30,887 nucleotides of DNA from Escherichia coli (lineage in GTDB: Bacteria; Pseudomonadota; Gammaproteobacteria; Enterobacterales; Enterobacteriaceae), in NCBI RefSeq assembly GCF_003334765.1, contig NZ_QOWT01000041.1. One strand, written 5' to 3'. The position numbers were made by a program, and so were the translations under genes. The notes beneath the pieces were generated by a model that saw only the letters and a program-made list of their open reading frames with translations, had not been told where the DNA came from and did no database searches. Within the stretch, counting starts at the first letter, position 1; each line of letters starts with the position of its first letter. This document shows positions 22,647 to 30,887 of the stretch, piece by piece.

Positions 22647-25600
22647 TTACTCGTCTTCCAGTTCGATGTTGATACCCAGCGAACGAATCTCTTTCAACAA
22701 TACGTTGAAGGATTCTGGCATGCCCGGCTCCATCTGATGGTTGCCGTCCACGATGTTTTTATACATCTTGGTACGACCGTTCACGTCATCAGACTTAACG
22801 GTGAGCATTTCCTGCAGGGTGTATGCTGCGCCGTATGCTTCCAGCGCCCACACTTCCATCTCCCCGAAACGCTGACCACCGAACTGTGCCTTACCACCCA
22901 GCGGCTGCTGAGTAACCAGGCTGTAAGAACCGGTGGAACGCGCGTGCATCTTGTCGTCGACCAGGTGGTTCAGTTTCAGCATGTACATGTAACCAACGGT
23001 TACCGGACGCTCGAACTGTTCACCAGTGCGACCATCGTACAGGCGGATCTGACCGGAAGTCGGCAGGTCGCCAAGTTTCAGCAGCTCTTTAATTTCTGCT
23101 TCTTTCGCACCGTCGAACACCGGCGTTGCGATTGGCATACCTTTGCGCAGGTTTTCAGCCAGACGCATAACTTCTTCATCGCTGAAGGTACTCAGGTCAA
23201 CTTTCTGACGAACGTCAGCGCCCAGATCGTACGCACGCTGGATGAATTCGCGCAGTTTCGCGACTTCTTGCTGCTGTTTCAGCATGGCGTTGATCTTGTC
23301 GCCGATACCTTTCGCAGCCATACCCAGGTGGGTTTCGAGGATCTGACCGATGTTCATACGAGACGGTACGCCCAGCGGGTTCAGTACGATGTCTACCGGC
23401 GTACCGTTTTCATCGTAAGGCATATCTTCGATCGGGTTGATCTTAGAAATTACACCCTTGTTACCGTGACGACCTGCCATCTTGTCACCAGGCTGGATAC
23501 GGCGTTTAACCGCCAGATATACCTTAACAATCTTCAGCACGCCCGGTGCCAGATCGTCGCCCTGGGTGATTTTGCGGCGTTTCGCTTCGAGTTTCTTCTC
23601 GAACTCGTGTTTCAGTTCGTCATACTGCTCAGCCAGCTGTTCCAGCTGATTTTGTTTCTCTTCGTCTGTCAGGCCCAGCTCCAGCCAGCGATCGCGCGGC
23701 AGTTTGTCGAGCTTCTCAGCTTCAACGCCACCGGCTACCAGCACAGCACGGATACGGCTGAACAGACCCGCTTCGAGGATCTGCAGTTCTTCAGACAGGT
23801 CTTTCTTCGCCTGTTTGAGCTGCATTTCTTCGATTTCCAGCGCACGTTTGTCTTTTTCTACGCCATCGCGAGTAAAGACCTGAACGTCGATAACCGTACC
23901 GGATACACCGTTTGGTACGCGCAGAGAAGAGTCTTTAACGTCAGAGGCTTTCTCACCGAAGATCGCACGCAGCAGTTTTTCTTCTGGGGTCAGCTGAGTT
24001 TCACCTTTCGGCGTTACCTTACCAACCAGAATGTCGCCACCGGTCACTTCCGCACCAATGTAAACGATACCGGATTCATCCAGTTTGGAGAGCGCAGCTT
24101 CACCCACGTTCGGGATGTCAGCGGTGATCTCTTCCGGACCCAGCTTGGTGTCACGGGACACACACGCCAGTTCCTGAATGTGGATGGTGGTGAAACGGTC
24201 TTCCTGAACAACACGCTCGGATACGAGGATGGAGTCTTCGAAGTTGTAACCATTCCACGGCATGAACGCTACGCGCATGTTCTGACCAAGCGCCAGTTCA
24301 CCGAGGTCGGTGGACGGACCGTCTGCCAGCACGTCGCCACGTTCAACCGGTTCACCCAGAGACACACACGGCATCTGGTTGATACAGGTGTTCTGGTTAG
24401 AACGGGTGTATTTGGTCAGGTTGTAGATGTCGATACCTGCTTCACCCGGATACATCTCGTCTTCGTTAACTTTGATAACGATACGGGAAGCATCCACGTA
24501 CTGAACGACACCACCACGTTTAGCTACCGCAGTTACACCGGAGTCAACGGCAACAGCACGTTCCATACCAGTACCAACCAGCGGCTTATCAGCGCGCAGA
24601 GTCGGAACGGCCTGACGTTGCATGTTCGCACCCATCAATGCACGGTTGGCGTCATCGTGTTCCAGGAACGGGATCAGGGACGCACCGACGGATACCACCT
24701 GCTGGGTGGATACGTCCATGTAGTCAACCTGGTCGCGGCTGAACAAGCTGGATTCGCCTTTGCTACGGCAAGTTACCAGGTCTTCTACGAAGTGGCCTTC
24801 TTCATCCAAGTTGGAGTTCGCCTGGGCGATAACGTAGTTGCCTTCTTCGATAGCAGACAGGTAGTGAATTTCGTCAGTTACAACACCGTCGGTCACTTTA
24901 CGATACGGAGTCTCAAGGAAGCCGTATTCGTTAGTCTGTGCGTACACGGACAGAGAGTTGATCAGACCGATGTTCGGACCTTCAGGGGTTTCGATTGGAC
25001 ATACGCGACCGTAGTGAGTCGGGTGTACGTCTCGAACTTCGAAGCCTGCACGTTCACGGGTCAGACCGCCTGGGCCGAGTGCGGAGATACGACGTTTGTG
25101 CGTAATCTCAGACAGCGGGTTGTTCTGGTCCATAAACTGAGACAGCTGGCTGGAACCGAAGAACTCTTTCACTGCTGCGGAAATCGGCTTGGCGTTGATC
25201 ATATCCTGTGGCATCAGGGTATCCAGATCGCCCAGAGACAGACGCTCTTTCACCGCACGCTCTACACGTACCAGGCCAACGCGGAACTGGTTTTCCGCCA
25301 TTTCGCCAACGGAACGGATACGACGGTTGCCGAGGTGGTCGATATCATCGACTTCGCCTTTACCGTTACGGATATCGATGAGCTTTTTCATAACATCAAT
25401 GATGTCGTCTTTGCTCAGGATACCGGAACCTTCGATTTCTTCGCGCAGCAGAGAACGGTTGAACTTCATACGACCAACCGCAGACAAGTCATAACGGTCT
25501 TCGGAGAAGAACAGGTTCTCGAACAGGCTTTCAGCTGCTTCACGAGTCGGCGGCTCGCCAGGGCGCATCATGCGGTAGATTTCTACCAGTGCGCTCAGAC

Positions 25601-26675
25601 GGTCGTTAGTTGGGTCGACACGTAAGGTTTCAGAGATATATGGGCCGTGATCCAGATCGTTGGTGAACAGCGTTTCGATACGCTTGTGACCAGACTGGCT
25701 CAGCTTAGCCAGCAGATCCAGGCTCAGCTCCATGTTCGCTGCGCAGATCAGCTCGCCGGTAGACTCATCAATATAGTCTTTAGCAACCACTTTACCTGCG
25801 ATGTACTCAACCGGGACTTCGATCAGTTTGACGTCGTCTTTTTCCAGCTGGCGAATGTGGCGCGCAGTGATACGGCGGCCTTTTTCTACGTACACTTTAC
25901 CGTTAGCTTCGATGTCAAAAGATGCGGTTTCACCACGCAGGCGTTCCGGCACCAGTTCCATCTGCAGCTTGTTATCACGGATTTCAAAGATAACTTTTTC
26001 AAAGAACAGGTCGAGGATCTGCTCTGTGGTGTAGTTCAGGGCGCGCAGAATGATGGTCGCAGGCAGTTTACGGCGACGGTCGATACGTACGAACAGGTTG
26101 TCCTTCGGATCGAATTCGAAGTCCAGCCAGGAACCACGGTAAGGGATGATACGCGCGTTATACAGCACTTTACCCGAAGAGTGGGTTTTACCTTTGTCGG
26201 AGTCAAAGAAGACGCCCGGACTACGGTGCAGCTGGGAAACGATAACACGCTCAGTACCGTTGATAACAAAGGTACCGTTGTCTGTCATGAGCGGAATTTC
26301 GCCCATGTAGACTTCTTGTTCTTTAATGTCTTTTACGGTGCCTTCCGGCGCTTCGCGCTCATAGATCACCAGACGCAGTTTAACGCGCAGCGGTGCGGAA
26401 TAGGTCACGCCACGGATTTGACATTCCTGGACGTCAAACACCGGTTCGCCAAGGCGGTAGCTGACGTATTGCAGCTCGGAATTACCGCTGTAGCTCTGAA
26501 TCGGGAATACGGAACGGAAAGCAGCTTCCAGACCATACTGCCCTTCAGGATCTTGCTCGATAAATTTCTGAAACGAGTCAAGCTGGATAGAAAGGAGATA
26601 AGGTACATCCAGAACTTGTGGACGTTTACCAAAATCCTTACGAATACGTTTTTTCTCGGTATAGGAGTAAACCAT
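22647..26675 (-). CDS. rpoB: DNA-directed RNA polymerase beta subunit
   Basis: 1342 aa from [28 protein letters not shown], with the ribosome-binding site gagg. The ORF track over-extends the start by 11 codons. The rifampicin-resistance-determining region (codons 507-533) reads [27 protein letters not shown], which is the wild-type sequence at D516, H526 and S531. Confidence 0.98.
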
Positions 26676-26924
26676 AGGGTTCCTCAGCTCGCTGACAAGT
26701 CGACCCATCTGTCCATTGAGCGGACAGTTTGTGCAACACTATTTTGTTGACCGGAAAATGGAACACTTTCCGCAATGCCTGTTGCTATCACGCTTAAACC
26801 ATTTCATTGCGATTTACACAGAACGGACGTCCTGTCGCAGTATATTAAGTCGTCGATAGAAACAAGCATTGAAAGGCACAGCAGTAGTCAAACAGTGTGA
26901 AACGCTACTGGCGCCTTACAGCGC

Positions 26925-26977
26925 AAAAAGGCTGGTGACTAAAAAGTCACCAGCCATCAGCCTGATTTCTCAGGCTG
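26925..26977 (-). terminator. rplL-rpoB intergenic attenuator hairpins
   Basis: The minus strand reads gctggtgac-ttttt-agtcaccagc followed by ctttttgcg, which is a stem followed by T5. A second hairpin, cagcctga-gaaa-tcaggctg, lies adjacent (26958-26977 in plus coordinates). These lie within the 319-bp rplL-rpoB spacer known to hold a partial terminator and an RNase III processing site. Confidence 0.65.
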
Positions 26978-26994
26978 CAACCGGAAGGGTTGGC

Positions 26995-27360
<366 letters not shown>

Positions 27361-27426
27361 TTAAATTGTTCCTGAATATCAGAATAAGTTTATACGTAAG
27401 CGAATGCGTTAAAAAGATAACTGCGA

Positions 27427-27924
27427 TTAAGCAGCTTCTTTCGCATCGCGTACAGCAGCCAGAGTACGAACCAGTTTGCCAGCCGAAGCTTCTTTCATGG
27501 TTGCCATCAGGCGTGCAATTGCTTCTTCGTAGGTCGGCAGAGTTGCCAGGCGGTCGATCTGAGACGCCGGGATCAGCTCACCTTCAAAGGCAGCGGCTTT
27601 GACCTCAAATTTTGCATTCGCTTTCGCGAACTCTTTGAACAGACGAGCAGCAGCGCCCGGGTGTTCCATAGAGTATGCAATCAGGGTCGGACCAACAAAC
27701 GCGTCTTTCAGGCACTCGAACGGAGTACCTTCAACAGCACGGCGCAGCAGGGTGTTACGAACAACACGCATGTATACGCCAGCTTCGCGACCTGCTTTAC
27801 GCAGTTCAGTCATTTTATCTACAGTTACGCCACGGGAATCCGCAACTACTGCAGACAGCGCGCCTTTGGCTACTTCGCTGACTTCAGCAACAATCGCTTG
27901 TTTGTCTTGAAGATTTAAAGCCAT
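27427..27924 (-). CDS. rplJ: 50S ribosomal protein L10
   Basis: 165 aa, [54 protein letters not shown]. Confidence 0.98.
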
Positions 27925-28285
27925 TAGCTTTGCTCCTGGATGTTTGCCAGAGAAAATCTCTGGAACTCACTTCACTCCTCCAAACGGAGAGAGCGTCTTA
28001 ATTACGGTGAGCAGAAACAAGCCAGAATATAAAAGAATAATCTTAGCGTTCTGTCACCGTCTACGCAGGGGATTAAGTTTCTTGCGAAACTCCTGCGGTC
28101 TTCGACGGAGGCCTGGATAGGCCAGGCTCCAACGAACAAATCTTTTCTATCCGTCGCTATTCAGCTTGTGACGGCGTTGGCTTCCTTCATTCGCACCAGT
28201 CACATAGTTAGCTATGCTCCTGGCGACTCACTCAGTTGCCGCCTTGCCACAACCCGAATATCTCGGATATACGTCTGCATTAAGC
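27925..28285 (-). promoter_or_regulatory. Long rplJ 5' leader, the L10-(L12)4 autoregulatory leader region
   Basis: About 355 nt of untranslated leader lie between the predicted promoter (below) and the rplJ start. This is consistent with the known long rplJL leader that binds the L10-L12 complex for translational feedback. Confidence 0.55.
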
Positions 28286-28314
28286 ATTATACGTGGGGGT
28301 AAGATTGTAGACAA
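28286..28314 (-). promoter_or_regulatory. Sigma-70 promoter (TTGTCT-N17-TATAAT) for rplJL-rpoBC
   Basis: The minus strand reads ttgtct acaatcttacccccacg tataat, with a perfect -10 element. It sits immediately downstream of the rplA stop. Confidence 0.55.
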
Positions 28315-28336
28315 AATCACCGCCCACGTAAAGGCA

Positions 28337-29631
<1,295 letters not shown>

Positions 29632-30177
29632 TTAGGCTTTTTCAACCTGGCTGAAGTCCAGCTCTACCGGGGTCGCACGACCGAAGATAGAAACAGACAC
29701 TTTCAGACGAGATTTCTCGTAATCCACTTCTTCAACAACACCGTTGAAGTCAGCGAACGGACCATCATTAACACGGACCATTTCACCCGGTTCAAACAGC
29801 GTTTTCGGACGCGGCTTATCACCAACCTGCTGCAGGCGGTTCATAATCGCATCGACTTCTTTATCGCTGATTGGCGCAGGACGATCGGAAGTACCGCCGA
29901 TGAAGCCCATCACACGCGGTACGCTGCGCACCAGGTGCCAGCTCGCGTCGTTCATCACCATCTGAACGAGGACGTAGCCAGGGAAGAATTTACGTTCGCT
30001 TTTGCGACGCTGACCGCCACGGATTTCAACCACTTCTTCGGTTGGTACCATGACTTCACCAAACAAATCTTCCATGTTGTGTAATTTGATATGCTCACGC
30101 AGCGACGTTGCTACGCGGCCTTCAAAACCGGAAAACGCCTGAACGACGTACCAGCGCTTTTTAGGAGCTTCAGACAT
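29632..30177 (-). CDS. nusG: Transcription termination/antitermination factor NusG
   Basis: 181 aa beginning [50 protein letters not shown], with NGN and KOW domains. Confidence 0.98.
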
Positions 30178-30178
30178 C

Positions 30179-30562
30179 TCAGAACCTCAGGCCAGTGATA
30201 AAGGATACCAGGCGAACCAGAATACCATCCAGTCCCCACAGGATCAGTGACATTACTGCGGTAACCGCAGCCACAATCAGCGTGGTGTGCAATGTTTCCT
30301 GGCGAGTCGGCCAAATGACCTTACGGACTTCGGTACGCGCTTCACGGGCAAAAGCAACGGTAGCTTTACCTTTTGTCGTTAACAGCGCGACACCACCCGC
30401 TGCAGCAATCAGAATTACTACGGCCAGCGCACGCAGCGGCAGCATAATGTCGCGATAAAGATAGTTGCCGACAATCGCCACCAGGAGCAATGCCACCACA
30501 ACGACCCACTTCATCGCTTCCAGGCCGCGCCCGCTTCCTTGAGCTTCGGTATTCGCACTCAT
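30179..30562 (-). CDS. secE: Preprotein translocase subunit SecE
   Basis: 127 aa, [61 protein letters not shown]. It has three transmembrane segments and lies 1 nt upstream of nusG. Confidence 0.97.
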
Positions 30563-30734
30563 AAACCAACCTGTCAGAAGTTTTCTACAAACATTTTCAC
30601 CCCGCGATCGCGAGGCAAACCAAATCGAAACGCGTATTAGCTTTTCGGATTATACGCCCTCAACAGAGCCTGTCTCAGCAATGATTATGACAAAGAAAAT
30701 CACTGATGAGCCAGGTTCTGGTACGAAAGCGTGC

Positions 30735-30761
30735 AAAAAGGGCATCAAATGATGCCCTTTT
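30735..30761 (-). terminator. tufB intrinsic terminator (bidirectional geometry)
   Basis: aaaaa-gggcatc-aaat-gatgccc-tttt. On the minus strand the stem is followed by ttttt, 32 nt after the tufB stop. Confidence 0.75.
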
Positions 30762-30792
30762 AGTGCGCATTGCGTCAAATGTTATCGGCAAT

Positions 30793-30887
<95 letters not shown>

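Noticed and set aside
22737-25625. Very long antisense ORFs inside rpoB (962 aa, 367 aa), rpoC (803 aa, 513 aa) and purH (528 aa)
   Set aside because: They lie opposite highly codon-biased essential genes. The antisense frame of such genes is depleted of stop codons by chance. The translations are low-complexity (rich in R, V, F, T and Q) and have no start context. They are classic artefacts, not overlapping genes.

Overview
This window reads as a conserved enterobacterial core-chromosome segment with Escherichia coli-type gene order and near-identical proteins. No novel system is evident. I see no IS or transposon, phage gene, CRISPR array, tRNA or rRNA, and no accessory island. There are 28 genes: purH-purD (+), zraR-zraS (-) divergent from zraP (+), then yjaH, hupA, yjaG, nfi, hemE and nudC (all -), rsd (+), the thiCEFSGH operon (+), yjaZ/htrC (-), rpoC-rpoB-rplL-rplJ-rplA-rplK-nusG-secE (all -), and the 3' end of tufB (-). 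Every ORF length I checked against memory of E. coli K-12 matches, so there are no obvious insertions or disruptions. The interesting content is regulatory and well known. There are divergent sigma-54 promoters flanking a perfect 17-bp inverted repeat (a ZraR enhancer) between zraS and zraP. A TPP riboswitch sits upstream of thiC, and the thi genes are tightly overlapped. A promoter-to-terminator small transcript in the thiH-yjaZ spacer is consistent with the reported SroH sRNA. The rplL-rpoB attenuator, a long rplJ leader with a near-consensus promoter, a PurR box with a long hairpin in the purH leader, and a perfect CRP consensus at the left edge complete the picture. Several six-frame ORFs are N-terminal over-extensions (zraP, thiF, thiS, thiG, rpoB, nfi) or antisense artefacts inside rpoB, rpoC and purH.
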